A stretch of 64,000 bases of DNA from Octopus sinensis (lineage: Eukaryota), in contig NC_043001.1 of the NCBI RefSeq assembly GCF_006345805.1, positions 74,214,001 to 74,278,000 of the forward strand. The letters are read 5' to 3'. The translations under genes and the position numbers were made by a program. Under the pieces are notes generated by a model. It did not search any database. It saw only the letters and a program-made list of their open reading frames with translations, and was not told the origin of the DNA. Below are positions 50,110-63,575 of this stretch, piece after piece. Each line of letters opens with the position of its first letter. Positions within the stretch are counted from its first letter, which is position 1.

Positions 50110-50890
50110 TACATACATGAGACAGCTACTAAATACCTGATAAACAAGAGGGACAAAGATACCATCAATCCTCCATGTTGTGTTAAAAAATGTCGGCTCT
50201 GCTATACAAATGTGGAAGATACCACCCACATCATCTGCAGCTGCCCCAAAATGTCTACGAGATACTACCTGCCCCTGAGGCATGTTATAACTGCAAATAC
50301 TATTTACAATGCTATTCGCAGAAAGGACTGCCCTGACGTATACATCAAAGGTATTTCAGAATCAGCAGGTATTCACACCTTTAAAACAAGGAATACTAGT
50401 AAAGCACCCCAATAAAAACACCATTTCGGTGCAGACATAACAGACCCGATATTGTTCTGTGGGACAGAGAACAAAAGTCATGCACAATCAAAAATCCGGG
50501 AAAAAGAGAACACACATGGCGAATTAATGCGGAACTTACAACTCTTGTACCATGACTATGTATTCTCGTAGGTGCATTGGGTTATGTACCAAAAAAGTTG
50601 CACAAAAACCTAGAAATGCTCGGTTTCACGGAAAAAGAGCAAAAGGAACTGACATGGATTCTTCAAATCCAGTCTATTAGCGGCACAGTCAAGATCTGTA
50701 AGACATTTCCAAAATTTTCCATTTGAGATTCGCACACTCTTGGGTGTGTGCATTGACAGTTCAACCGACACACCAACTCAACCACATATTTACAAACACC
50801 GGGAACTTTCTTAACTAAAAGAGTCTTGTCGCTTTGTTAGTGACCGACTTCAACTCTTTCATGAAGAACTTAGATAAAACTCAAGAAAAA
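50110..50890 (+). mobile_element. RLE-type LINE 3' fragment, same family as 35715-36560
   Basis: ETATKYLINKRD, CRLCYTNVEDTTHIICSC (CCHC), HNRPDIVLWD, RNLQLLY, GALG, LQIQSISGTVKICKTF; (CATA)n on the left and (CATC)n on the right. Confidence 0.82.
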
Positions 50891-51361
50891 ACATCCATCC
50901 ATCCTTCCATCCATCCATCCATCCATCCTTCAATATACATCCATCTAACCATCGATCAATCGATCCATCTATCCTTCCCTAAATGTCTGTCTGTCTGCCT
51001 CCCCCCCCACATGAATATATGACTACATTGAGAGAAACGTTGCACCACATTAACTTCGAACGCGTTAGATTTGGAAGACAAAATGCAAAATAAAACAAAA
51101 GAAGTGTAAAGCGAATCAAGAGAAATAGCAATATAAATGAAATATCAAATTTCTATTTATTGGCAAATGTTCCTAAACTGAAGTGAATTGATACAGAAAT
51201 ATAATAATAATATGATAATAATTGTTTCTGATGTAGGCACAAAGTCAGCAAATTTGAGGATGGAGGGTAGAGGGTAGTCGATATCGTCACCCCAATACAC
51301 AACTGATACTTTATTTTATTGAACCTCAACGGATGAAAGCTGACCTCACTTTTCAGTGGAT

Positions 51362-51423
<62 letters not shown>

Positions 51424-51427
<4 letters not shown>

Positions 51428-51820
51428 GCCCTGGTGCAGTACAAGGCAGTGGCTCTCATGAATTCTTAGCTAAATTGATTGGAAGTGTTATCAGGTACAT
51501 CGTTTTGTCTTGGTATAAAAGATAGACTACAGCAAATATTCTGCTCAACACCACAGATTTGCTTGTTATTTGCGTAACCTTAACCAGTTGACCATGTCCC
51601 TTAGTGGCTGACGATATGTGCATCTCTGATTATGAGCAGAAGTAGTGGGGAAGCATCATAGATATGTGTCGAGAAGAATTCTTTGGGGTTTGGACAATTC
51701 ACCTTTGGAAACGGGTGTTTCGTTCAACATCCTCAAAGAACCCTACTCAGGGACCTTTTGAGCGGGATGGGCTACTCAACCTGAAGAAAATTATGACTGA
51801 GTCCCACCTGCAAGGTCATA
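51424..51820 (+). mobile_element. 5' three-quarters of non-coding element C after (AAT)n
   Basis: Collinear with 17241-17625. Confidence 0.8.
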
Positions 51821-51987
51821 CGCTATCCTGTTTGCCACTTATGTGGAAGCTATACCGGAGTTTTGCAGAGTTTTGAATTTTTTAAAATAATTTTTGCAAT
51901 GGTCTGATAATATCGACATAGACTTGCCCAAATGCATCAATAGATTAATATTGATATTTTTTTTAACCGTTGTTACAATCATCTGAA

Positions 51988-52977
51988 ATGGAACTATCAA
52001 AGCGCGATATTCGAGTAATTTTGCTATTCAACTTAAAAAAAAAGAAGTAAAGCAGCTGAAACTGCTCGCGATATAAATGAAAGGTTTGTTGAGGAAATGA
52101 CAAGTGAGTGGTCAGCTCGAAAATGGTTTAAACGATTTCGCAGTGGAGACCTGAGCCTTGAAGATCGTGAGCGTAGTGGACGCCCATTTGTCATCGATGA
52201 CCACCAATTTGCATGCGATCGGAAAATCAAAAATGCTCGACAAATGGGTACCATACGATTTGAATGAAAATCAGAAAGTGAGCAGATATGAAATTTGCTC
52301 GTCGCTTCTTCTCCGCGACCAGACCGATCCATTTCTATCGGAAAAGTGGATTCTGTACAATAATAAAAAAACGTCCTTTGCAGTGGTTGGACCAAAATGA
52401 AGCACCGAAAACTTTCCTTAACCCGAGCTCTTCAAAAAGAAGTTTATGGTGACTGTTGGTGGTGTACTGCTGGACTCATCCATTATAACTTCTCAAAACT
52501 CGGAAAAACCATTACTGCAGAAACATGTTGCCATGAAATTGCCAAAATGAGCCCCAAGGTGCTACTCCTCTGTCCCATACTGGCGAACAGAAGAGGGCCA
52601 CTCATTATTTATGACAATGCTCGATCACACGTTTCACCAATGACGCTCCAGAAATTGAGAGATCTTGGCTACGAAGTTCTTTACCCTGCTTATTCCCCAG
52701 ACCTTTCTTTTACTGGTTACCACTTTTTCAAGTACCTTCATAGTTTCCTGCGAGAGAAGTTCAAAAACCAAACCGATGCTAGAAGTGCGTTCAAAGAGTT
52801 CATCAGCTCCAGAAATCCAGACTTTTATGGTACCGGAATAAACAAACTTATAACTCGCTGGCAAATATGTATTGATTGTAATGGTACTTACTTTGATGAA
52901 TAAAATTTCCGTATTGTTGAAATATATTGTGAAGAATTTCATGTTTCAAAACGTTGCTTACTTTTTACTCAACCTGA
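51988..52977 (+). mobile_element. Decayed mariner transposase with 3' TIR
   Basis: WFKRFRSGDLSLED..RSGRP, KWVPYDL, YDNARSH, PAYSPDLS..YHFF, RWQICI.CNG.YFDE*; ends cttactttttactcaacctga|TA. Confidence 0.88.
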
Positions 52978-52979
52978 TA

Positions 52980-55075
52980 CCTAGACAAAGGAGTTCTAAA
53001 TGAGGTAAAAGCTGGAAAGAAAAATCTAACAATAACATGGATAAATTATAGGAAAGCCTATGACATGATTCCACACTCATGGATAAGTGAATGTTTTAGT
53101 ATATTCAGTATATTTAGTATATTCAACATAGCAGACAACATAAGATAATTAATTAGCTTTAGCACGAAGAAATGGAAAATAGATCTCTACTCAAATGACA
53201 CACTTTTAGGGTAAGTTAATATCAAAAGAAGAATTTTCCAAGGGGGCTCGTTATCTCCTTTAATATTTGTCTTATGTTTGACCTCCCTCAGTTTTTGTAT
53301 TAAAGAAGGGAAAAGCAGGGTATCTGTTCAGAAACAGTAATGGAAAAATTAACCATTTGCTCTACATGGATTATTTGAAGTTTTTTTTTTTTAGTAAGAA
53401 TGAAAAAGACAGATCCTTAATACAGACTGTAAGACCCTTCAGCAAAGGCATGGAATTTGACATAGATAAGTGTACAATATTAGTCATGAGAAGGGGACAG
53501 GTAGTCAACAGCGAAAGCATCCAATTACCAGATGGCCAGACATTAAAATCATTGAAAGGAGAAAAGAGTTATAAATATATAGGAGTTTTAGAACCTGACA
53601 GAATACTAACTATAGAAATGAAAGCGAAAATTGAGAAGTAGTATATCAGAAGGTTGAGGAAGCTACTGAAGTCAAAGCTAAATGGTCCGATATAATCATA
53701 TAACCGCAGAACATTAAACCCGGTGTTTTACAGATTCAGCTGTCACCAATCTTCGGGGAATTACAATATAACTAAGATGAATTTTAAAAATATATGAACA
53801 GTTATAAATATAATTGAAATTGTATCCCTTCCCATCAAAATACGTAAAGACACAGTTTTTCTATCACCATGGTAACGAATACATTTTTTATTACTTTTAA
53901 ATACATGGTCAGTATCATTACTTAGATGCTCAGCAGCTTTTGTAGATTGGACAAAAACTGAATTAGCAGAGCTAGACAGAAGACCTAAGAAGGATTTCAA
54001 TATGAATGGAGGACTTCACCTAAGGGCATGATTGGCAAGATTATACTTACCTAGAAAAGAAGGTGGAAGAGGGTTAATATCAGTAGAAGACTGCGTGGAG
54101 TTAGCTAGAGTAGATATAGACATTTATGTAGGTAGTAGTAAAGAAAGTTTATTAAAAGCTGCTGGAGTCACTGCAAGATAAGGAAGCCAAAAACCCAAAC
54201 GAGTTAAGAATCAGAAAAAGGAACAGAAATTATCTCAATGGCAGGAGAAGGCGTTGCAAAGTAGATAACCAAAGATAGTTTCAGCAAATAGTAGTAGTGA
54301 GACATGGTTGGTTATGGTTGCAGAAAGGAAAGCTAAAAAGGGAGACAGGATGTTTGTTAGTAGTTGCATAAGATCAAGCATTAAGGATTAATTGGATAAA
54401 AACTAAGATAGACAAAAACCAAGTAGATTCCCAATGTAGGTTATGAAAATCAAAAGAAGACAGAATTACTAATATAGTAAGTGAATGTAGTATGCTGGCA
54501 CAGAAAGAATAAAGAAAAGACATGACAATCTAGGGAAAGTAATCCACTGGGAGTTATGTAAAAAGCTAGGACTTGACCTTACTGATAAATGGTACGAATA
54601 TGAACCTAGTAAAGTACTAGAAAGTAAGAAATATAAGATGTTGTGGGACTTTGACATTCAGACTGACAGAGTAATAGAAGCTAGGAGGCCTGATTTAGTA
54701 GTAGTAGATAAAGAGAATATAAAGTGCCAGAGAATTGACTTTACAGTACGAAATGATGAAAAAATCAATATGAAAGGAATAGAATAAATAGTAAAGTACC
54801 AGGACCTAGCCATTGAATTACAGAGACTATGGAAAGTGCGGGGTAAAATGTATCCCAGTCGTTATTGGTGCATTGGGAACTATCCCTGAAGATCTGAACA
54901 GATGGATAGAGGAAATAGGCATAAAACTCAGTTTGGTACAGCTCCAGAAAACAGTGTTATTAGGGACATGTAGGATACTTAGGAGGGTTCATGGCATCTA
55001 AGTTTACTTGTTATATCCCGATGTTAGGATTTTTCTTTTCCATCAGTCTAATCCGTTGTGTGTACATGAAAATAT
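52980..55075 (+). mobile_element. Decayed Dong/R4-like LINE (RT through RLE)
   Basis: WINYRKAYDMIPHSWI, IFQGGSLSPL, NHLLYMD, YKYIG, RLYLPRKEGGRGLISVED, RRHDNLGKVIHW, RRPDL, VIGALG, LQKTVLLGT.RILR; many stops and frameshifts. Confidence 0.85.
53689..53900 (+). repeat. 212-bp duplicate of 55475-55686 inserted in the LINE
   Basis: Two mismatches seen over 212 bp. Confidence 0.92.
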
Positions 55076-55227
55076 AAGGTCGTCCCATAAGTTCTGTCCG
55101 AATTTTGAATAAAGAAAACAAGTGATTAATTTATCGGCCCCGAAAGGATGAAAGGTAAAGTCGACCTTGGCGGAATTGAACCCAGAACGTAACGGCTGAC
55201 GAAATACCTCTAAGCACGCGCCTTATG

Positions 55228-55280
<53 letters not shown>

Positions 55281-56584
55281 CGATGATAACCAGAGCATCA
55301 ATTATAATAATTATAGTTTCAGATTTTGGCACAAGGCCAGCAGTTTCGGGTGAGCGGGTACTAAAAGCACGGTCGATTTAATACATTATAATTGTTGTCT
55401 GGTATTAATTTTACTCTGTTAGCAGTTCAAATGAAAAATTCTTGCAGGGTGGAATTCGAACTCAGAACAAAAATGATATAATCATATAACCGCAGAACAT
55501 TAAACCCGGTGTTTTACAGATTCAGCTGTCACCAATCTTCGGGGAATTACAATATAACTAAGATAAATTTTAAAAATATATGAACAGTTATAAATATAAT
55601 TGAAATTGTATCCCCTCCCATCAAAATACGTAAAGACACAGTTTTTCTATCACCATGGTAACGAATACATTTTTTATTACTTTTAACAAATAGTGGGACT
55701 CACAGAAAGTTATATAGATAGACAGATAGCCATTTGTCTCTCACATATAAATATATGTTTGTGTATTCGTAGTGTGTGTGAGATAGAAAGAGATGGAAAT
55801 TGACATAGATAGATAGGTAGATAAATAAATAGAGAGGTGGTATGCATGCACATATAATTTCTGTTTACTTAAATTCGTAATACAAAATATATTCGTGTGA
55901 AGAGATGAATTGTAACATTTTATACAGGAGTGTTCTTCAGAACAACGCTCTTCTCGTAACACAGTAGCTTATGTTATCTTATTAGCCTTATTACCTGCTT
56001 GTTTAATTACAGACAAATACCAGCCCCAGTTTCTTTAAACACTAGTTATTTCCTTCTGTTTTTGTTCTCAATATAAGCATCCCTAAAATCAATCTTCACA
56101 TAGGGGTGTTCTTCAGGACACGACTTCCCTCATGACACACCAGCTTATGCTATCTCTTTTAGCTTTATTACCGGTTTGTTTAATTACAGATGTCAAGACT
56201 ATTTTCTTCAATACTCGCTATTTTCTTCATTTTTTCACAACATAAAACGTCTCTTGTCTCAGTCTTATATTAAAAATTTGTGAAGTCATATATTCATACA
56301 AACCAATCACTTCCCAAGAGAACGGCGGCTCTTATACTGTATTGTGTTTGTATATTTTATTGCACCGAAGGCGTAAAAGTTCATTTCTAATCAATAGAAT
56401 AACTTTATAAAATAAACAATATGTTATAAGTTATAATGTACTTTCCGCTTGACTGGGCATTGACATTGTACCAAAGCATTATATAAACATTATACTGCAT
56501 ACAAACATAACACCCCCACCCCACAAACGTACGCACACACGCACATACATTCACGCGTACGTACGTACATACATATATACATAC

Positions 56585-56615
<31 letters not shown>

Positions 56616-56999
56616 CATACATACATACATAACTGAATGCATAAATACATACGTATACGTACACACATACATATATACATACACACACATACATCATACG
56701 ATAGCCAAAGGAAGTCAGCAGACATTTTAATGCCTGTATCATACATACATACATACATACATACATACATACATACATACATACATACATACATGCATAC
56801 ATACATGCATGCATGCATACATACATACATAGATACGTACGTACATACATACATACATACGTACATACATACATAATAGATACATAGAGACATACATACG
56901 TGTGCACACGTACATACACGCGCGCATACATGTATACATACACACACATACATCCACAGGAATCAAAGGATAACCGAACGAAACCAGCAAAAAATAAAA

Positions 57000-57600
57000 A
57001 AAAAATTCCAGTTATAAAAGGCTTTAGATTGTGCGAGGCGGGGTACACCAATGAATGAGAGCCTATTTATCGTATTGACTAAGTTCGTTTCAGTAAGGAG
57101 GAACTCATTTCCTATGAAAGGGAGGTAATCTCCGAGGAAGAATCTATTACCTACCTGAATGAAACGAACATCACAGCCACATCCACACAAAATTCTAACG
57201 AAAATCTGACAGAGCACTGATATCAGGTGCACGAGGATGATCCAGGCAAATTGCTGATCAGGCAGATGGGATCAAATTAATAAGAATTCTCAAAATGATG
57301 GAATATTAGCAAAAGTTTCCAGGTATATCAAACATGTGGTATGCCCTGTTGGTCATTATTGTAAGGAAGATGATTTATTTCCAGATGCACCTTGGCGGGA
57401 TTAGAAGCATTAATTTTGAATCTAAGAACAAGGAAGAAGTTACCCTTTCTCGCATTCCGATCAAACAGCCTCCCAGAGAGGATTGTAGAATCACCAGCAT
57501 CAACACATAATGTGATTGGCGACCTATTGTAGGGAGAAAATATAATCAGAGCAGTAGATATGATCAACGCAAGATCAACCCAAGTCGACGTTTAATATAT
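57000..57600 (+). mobile_element. Possible Gypsy-type integrase C-terminal relic
   Basis: Frameshifted YQVH..GKLLIR-Q-DQI (RHxDQ-like) and a terminal RYDQRKINPSRRL (RxRxPPxRL-like); weak. Confidence 0.3.
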
Positions 57601-57609
57601 TTTATATCT

Positions 57610-58230
57610 TAAGGTGTCGATCTGGCAGAAACGTTAGCATGCCGAGCGAAATGCGTAGCCCTATTTCGTCTGCCGTTACGTTCTGAGTTCAAATTCCGCC
57701 GAGGTCGACTTTGCCTTTCATCCTTTCGGGGTCGATTAAATAAGTACCAGTTACAAACTGGGGTCGATATAACCGACTTAATCCGTTTGTCTGTCCTTGT
57801 TTGTCCTCTCTGTGTTTGGTCCCTTGTGGGTAGTAAAGAAATAGGTATTTCGTCTGTCTTTACTTTCTGAGTTCAAATTCCACCGTGGTCAACTTTGCTT
57901 TTCATCTTTTCGGTTTCGATAAATTAAGTACCAGTTGAGTACTGGGGTCAATATAATCGACTGGCCCCCTCCTCCAAAATTTCGGGCCCTGTGCCTAGAG
58001 TACAAAAAATATTTTTAATATCTTGTTTTAATTGATATTGCAAATATGATGCTTGTTCTTAAAGATGCGAGCTGGCAGAATCGTTAGCACGCCGGGCAAA
58101 ATGCTTACTAGCATTTCTTGAGGCTTTGCGTCAAATTCTGAGTTCAAATTCCACCGAGATCGACTTCCCCTTTCATTCGGCTAGATCTCTCCCTCAAACT
58201 TTCAAGCCTCGTGCCTATAATAGGTAAAAG
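57610..58230 (+). mobile_element. S1 SINEs (dimeric copy 57610-58010, partial copy 58060-58230)
   Basis: Canonical S1 sequence. Confidence 0.85.
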
Positions 58231-58340
58231 TGTTATTCTTTTATTTATTCTGTGTAATTATTTGCGGGTTTTTATAAATGTATTAAGTTGGTCCCCCGCA
58301 TTAATTGTATAAGTTTTTCACTCCTCCTCTTGCCTATATA

Positions 58341-59125
58341 TTAGGTTGTCAAGAAAGTTCTTACGGTTTTTAACCTTTCAATTCAGATGCACATATCTGG
58401 AGGGGTGTTTGGCATCGTCTTGGTTTTTGAAGCATTTCTCACGCAAGAGGTTGTCGAGATGCTTGAAAAAGTGGTAGTCGGTAGGTGAGAGGTCTGGTGA
58501 GTATGGCGGATGAGGCAGAGTTTCGTAGCCCAATTCGTTCAACTTCTGCAGGGTCAGTTGTGTAATGTGCAGCCGAGCGTTGTAGTGGAGAAGAATTGGT
58601 CTTTTTCTATTTACTAATGCTGGCTATTGTTGTCAGAGTTTCTTATGCATTTCATCCATTTGCTGACAGTACTTCTCCGCCGTAATGGTTTAGCCTGGAT
58701 CCACAAAGCTGTGATGGATGAGACCAGCTGCAGACTATCAAACAGTCACCATGACCGTATTTTGGTGCGACTTTGGCTTCGGGAAGTGCTGTGGAGCTTG
58801 GTCGGCGTCCAACCACTGAGCTGAGCGTCGCTGGTTTTCGTAAAGAATTCACTTTTCATCGTAAGTCACAATCCGGTCGAGAAACGGGTTGTCCTTGTTG
58901 CGTAAAAGAAGGGAAGACGACACTTCAAAACGGCGATTTTTTTGGTTGTTGTTCAATTCGTGCGGCACCCATTTCTCAAGTATTTTTGTTTTTTCAGTCT
59001 CTTTCAAGTGGTTGGAAATTGTCGTATACGTTACGTCTAATTCAGAAGCAAGTTCTCGAACAGTTGTGCGTGGATCGGCTTCGACTAAGGCTCTTAGTTG
59101 ATCGTTGTCAACATCCGATGGCCGA
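58341..59125 (-). mobile_element. Decayed mariner transposase, N-terminus lost, one TIR
   Basis: RPSDVDNDQLRALVEADPRTTVRELA, KWVPHEL, TYDEK, LPHPPYSPDLSPTDYHFF; TA|ttaggttgtcaagaaagttc at 58339-58360. Confidence 0.88.
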
Positions 59126-59168
59126 TAATAATAATAATAATAATAATAATATAATAATAATAATAATA

Positions 59169-59239
<71 letters not shown>

Positions 59240-59259
59240 TATTATTATTATTATTATTG

Positions 59260-59660
59260 AAGGCGGCGAGCTGGCAGAATCGTTAGCACGCCAGGCGAAA
59301 TGCTTAGCAGTATTTCGCCTGCCGTTACGTTCTGAGTTCAAATTCCGCCGAGGTCGACTTTGCCTTTCATCCTTTCGGGGACAATAAATTAAGTACCAGT
59401 TACGCACTGGGGTCGATCTAATCGACTTAATCCGTTTGTTTGTCCTTGTTTGTCCTCTCTGTGTTTAGCCCCTTGTGGGTGGTAAAGAAATAGAAATAGG
59501 TATTTCGTCTACCATTACGTTCTGAATTCAAATTCCACCGAGGTCGACTTTGCTTGTCATCCTTTCAAGGTCGATAAATTAAGTACCATTTGCATACTGG
59601 GGTCGATCTAATCGGCTGGCCCCTCCTCCCAAATTTCAGGCCTAGTGCCTATAGTAGAAC
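59260..59660 (+). mobile_element. Full-length dimeric S1 SINE
   Basis: aaggcggcgagctggcagaatcgttagc...gcctatagtagaa. Confidence 0.88.
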
Positions 59661-60074
59661 GGATTATTATTATTATTGTTTATTTATCTAGTCTACTGCC
59701 AAAATTTGTAACATTATTGACTATTAATTAAAAATTTATTAAATTATTTTCCTAGTTTCCAAATATGAGAAAATCAATTATCTTAAATAATCATAATAAA
59801 ATTAAATTAAGATCTATGTTGAAACCGTAACGTTGCTCTTCTCTAAACTACTGGTCTATTTCCAAGTAGAGTTGTGTTATAATGTACAGAGTTGTGTAAT
59901 AAAGAGGTTCATGGACGTATGTCATTGTACTTTTACTACACTACATCAGATAATCTCGTTTATCAATGAGAAAGACCTCAAATTAAGAGTCCATCATGGC
60001 ATGTACCATAAAGGTTAGAATATAACTATTGATGTTGTTAGATTTATTGTGTATTTCTGAATTTTCTTTTCTGT

Positions 60075-60870
60075 AAAATAAAGGGTAAAGACTCCCTTCG
60101 GTCATGAATGACCATAGTATTGCACCTAGAAAGTTCCCCTTCACGCACAAGACCAGGGAAAATTGTTTATGGAAGACCAGCAGTCGTCAATACATAACAG
60201 CCTCCCCTCTCCACGTCACGCCACTAATGTTATCCAAAGGAAAAGGCAAAAGCCAATACAGCTTTGCACCAGTGACGTCGCAACTCATTTCTACAGCTGA
60301 GTGAACTGAAGCAACATGAAATATAGTGTCTTGTTCAAGAACACAACAAACAGCCCAATCAGGCAGTTGAACTTACTACTTCATGATTGTGAGCCCGATG
60401 CTTTAACCATCGAGTCATGCGATTTTTGCATGTAAAATAATGAAGTAATTATTACTACTTTCATTGCCTTTATTGTAGTATAAAGAAAGATCAGTTTGGC
60501 ATCATCTACAATATCCAACAAGTTTACCATGGCCCAAGGCATAGCCTTGTGGTAAAAAAAAAACTTGCCTTAGTTTCGGATTCAGTCCCACTGCGTGGCA
60601 TATTAGACATTTTTTTGTACAATAGTCAACTCTTTGTGAGTAAATTTGGTAGACGGAAACTGTGTGAAAGCCCATAGTATGTGTGAGTGTGCATGTCTTT
60701 ATTACTTCACCGATTGACAACCAGTATTGGCTTGTTTACGTCCTGCAATTTAGCAAAAGAGACAAATAAATTATTGGGGTTAATTTGTTCGACCGAAACC
60801 ACCTCAAGGCGTTGCTCCAACATGCTCCAACATGTCCTCAATCCAATAACTAAAACATGTGGTAGTTAAA
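60075..60870. mobile_element. tRNA-headed SINE on minus (60075-60420) and diverged S2 SINE on plus (60520-60870)
   Basis: aaagactcccttcggtcatgaatgacc tail; gtagacggaaactg and aaggcgttgctccaacatg. Confidence 0.65.
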
Positions 60871-61790
60871 AGATATTTAACAAAAACTACTTTATGGAAG
60901 TTTTGTGTATTTTTCTTAATTTGTTATTTAGTGTCAACATTTCCATCGCAGTAACTGCGACTTGATGATTGACTCAGTGCAACAAAAATTTTGACTCGAA
61001 ATGATTAACTGTTTAAGTGAAGTTAACGCGTTTTGAATGGCTAAAATGTGTTTTACATGCCGTAATTGCTTTCGTTCCAGCACACGGTGTCAGATCAAAT
61101 CACTTGCCAGACAATTACCTCTCCGAAATTACTGAATTTTTGTGTTTTTTTACTTTAAATATCAGTTAATAAGCCTATATTCTACAACGGTGGGTTAAAT
61201 AAAGATAAGAAACGGTCCAAATTGAAAATATTGATGTCAAGAATAAGCTATTTATTTTGTTTGCAGCTTTGTCATGTGATATGTTTAGTTTGAAAAGAGA
61301 GAGAATGATTGTATGAGTCTTATAAAGATTGTGGTTGGCATGTGAGAAGATAGAATTGGATTCTGAAATTAACGAGTGAAACATTGGTGGTTTTCATTGA
61401 GCAGAACCAAATTTTCGCTTGATGACTGCCCACGTTACTATTTTTACTTGAATTTCTTGTTAATTCCAAACGACTAGAAATATGTGTGATTACATAACAG
61501 TTTTGATTGAAATTGTAGATAAATGATAAAATAGCATTGAATGAAATATGTAAAATAAGTACACCCGTGAGAGGTTAATGGTTTTGCGACGACTCTCCTA
61601 AATATGTTATTTATTTTGATGAATGCGTGATAGGGCAGACTGGTGGGTATCGTTAATCAAGTAAGGATTATTTCTAACTTTTGCCCACTAGGCAGAATTT
61701 AATTTGACAGTCGCACTTCACGCGTCTTTATAAGACCCTTGTTTAACGCCTGTCAAATTTTGTTGTATATCTCCAAGCCCTTTTGGTTGG

Positions 61791-63575
61791 TTATTATTAT
61801 TATTTTTTAAAAATAAAATATGTTCCGTTGTCTTTTGCTGAACCGGGGTCGTCCCTTGACCCTAGGGTCACAGCAGTTCCTCATCCCATGGAGAGTACAC
61901 GGCATAAAATGTGTGTGGAACCTAGCAACACTATTTTCTGAAGTTCTCCCACATTAACACTGCAAGGGAATTTGTTGAGCTGCTTATCAAGGCGCTTTTT
62001 AATTAGCCCTAACGCTCCAATCACCACAGGCGCTGTGCTGCTTTTCATTCCCCACATCTTGGTCACTTGTATTTCTAGGTTTTTGTACTTAAATAACTTC
62101 TCAACTTCTTTTATGAACACATTTCTCTCTGATCGTACTGTCACATCTATCATTAATCCTTTCTTATTCTTCCCATCTTTGATGATTATGTCCGGCCTGT
62201 TTGCTTTGATTTCTTTATCGGTGTTGATTGGCATGACCCAGAGTACTGTTACAGAAGCTTTCCGGTCACAGTTTCAGGTTTATACTGGTACCATCTTTCT
62301 GAAGTTGGAAGCTGGTAGTGTTTATATATCTTCCAATGGATATATTGCGCTACTCTATTGTGTCTATGAATATATTCAGTTTTTGCAAGCGCTGTGCATC
62401 CAGTTAAGATGTGGTCTACTATTTCATCCTGCTCATGACACATTCTGCATTTCGGGTCAGTGCCATCGTTCATTATTTTGTTGTGGTAAGCTCAGGTTGC
62501 CAAGTTTTGATCTTGTGCTGCTATGATAAAACCTTCGGTTTCAGTCTTCAGTCCTGAGGTCTTCGTCCATATATGAGAGTCTCGTTTTTCTACGTCTGGT
62601 TTGTTCACTCTACATGGGTATCAGCCATGCATGGGTTTTTCTAGCCATTCTTCTTTGATCTTCTTCTGGGCTTGTTTTTCCATCTCTTCCTTAACTCTTT
62701 TAGCAAACTGGGTTACTTTCTCACTCGCCTTCATTCTCGGTTCCTCCATCATCAGTTGTTTCTTAAACTGTACAGATTCTTTGTATACCGAATATAGCTT
62801 CTTTACTTTATCATGATGGTGCACAAGCTTCATTAGAGGACCTTTTAACAGCTCAAGATTTGTATTTAATCCTACAGTGGTGGTTTTGTAAGATAAGTCT
62901 AACTGAGTTAGTCCTCTTTCTCCCATGCTTCTCGGTTAATAAATCCTGTTCCCGTCCGCTTTTGGATGGTTCATTCGAGCCATGGTTAGTAGTTTTCTGG
63001 TCTTGGAGTCTAGCTTCTTTATTTCGCCCATTTGTCAGTTTATTATGTTGAAACTTTAAGCTACAATTGGTACTGCAAGAGTGTTAATGGCTTCTATTTT
63101 GTTTGCAGCGTTGAGTTCAGTCTTTGTAACTAACCGTACTCTCCTGTAGTACTCTTTTCAAATCTTCTCTTTCATTGCTGAATGTTTTATGCTGTTACTT
63201 TCGTCTATGCTAAGATATTTATATGCTTCTTCTTGGCCAGTGCTCGGATTCTTGCTTCTGTATCTACGCGGATATCCACATAATATGCCAGTTTGCCTCT
63301 TATGAAAGTGGCTTTCGCGCATTTCTCCAGTTCATTTCTTCTAGGAATGCGTATGTTCTTTCAGTGATTACAGATGTTAATATTTTAAACATTGTTGGTA
63401 GACAGGTTCTTTGAGTTTTCTGTGTCATTTGTTTTTGGTATTTGGTATGTCACTCCCTGTGTCAACCAGTCTGGGCTATTTTCTGGGTTTTTCATGACTT
63501 CGTTGTATGCTGATGACATGTCTCTATGTATATCAACTAGCTGTTTGATCCAGAAGTTTGGTACTCGATCTATTC
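61791..63575 (-). mobile_element. Dong/R4-like LINE with internal deletion of the RT core
   Basis: PDWLTQGVTY.IPK joined almost directly to YKYL; then GERGL, KCRMC..E.VDHILTGC (CCHC), ANRPDIII, MIDV, GALG, HIL.RVLS; (TAA)n tail at 61791-61804. Confidence 0.85.

Noticed and set aside
58773-59387. 204-aa plus-strand ORF
   Set aside because: Chimera of antisense mariner, (AAT)n and a SINE.
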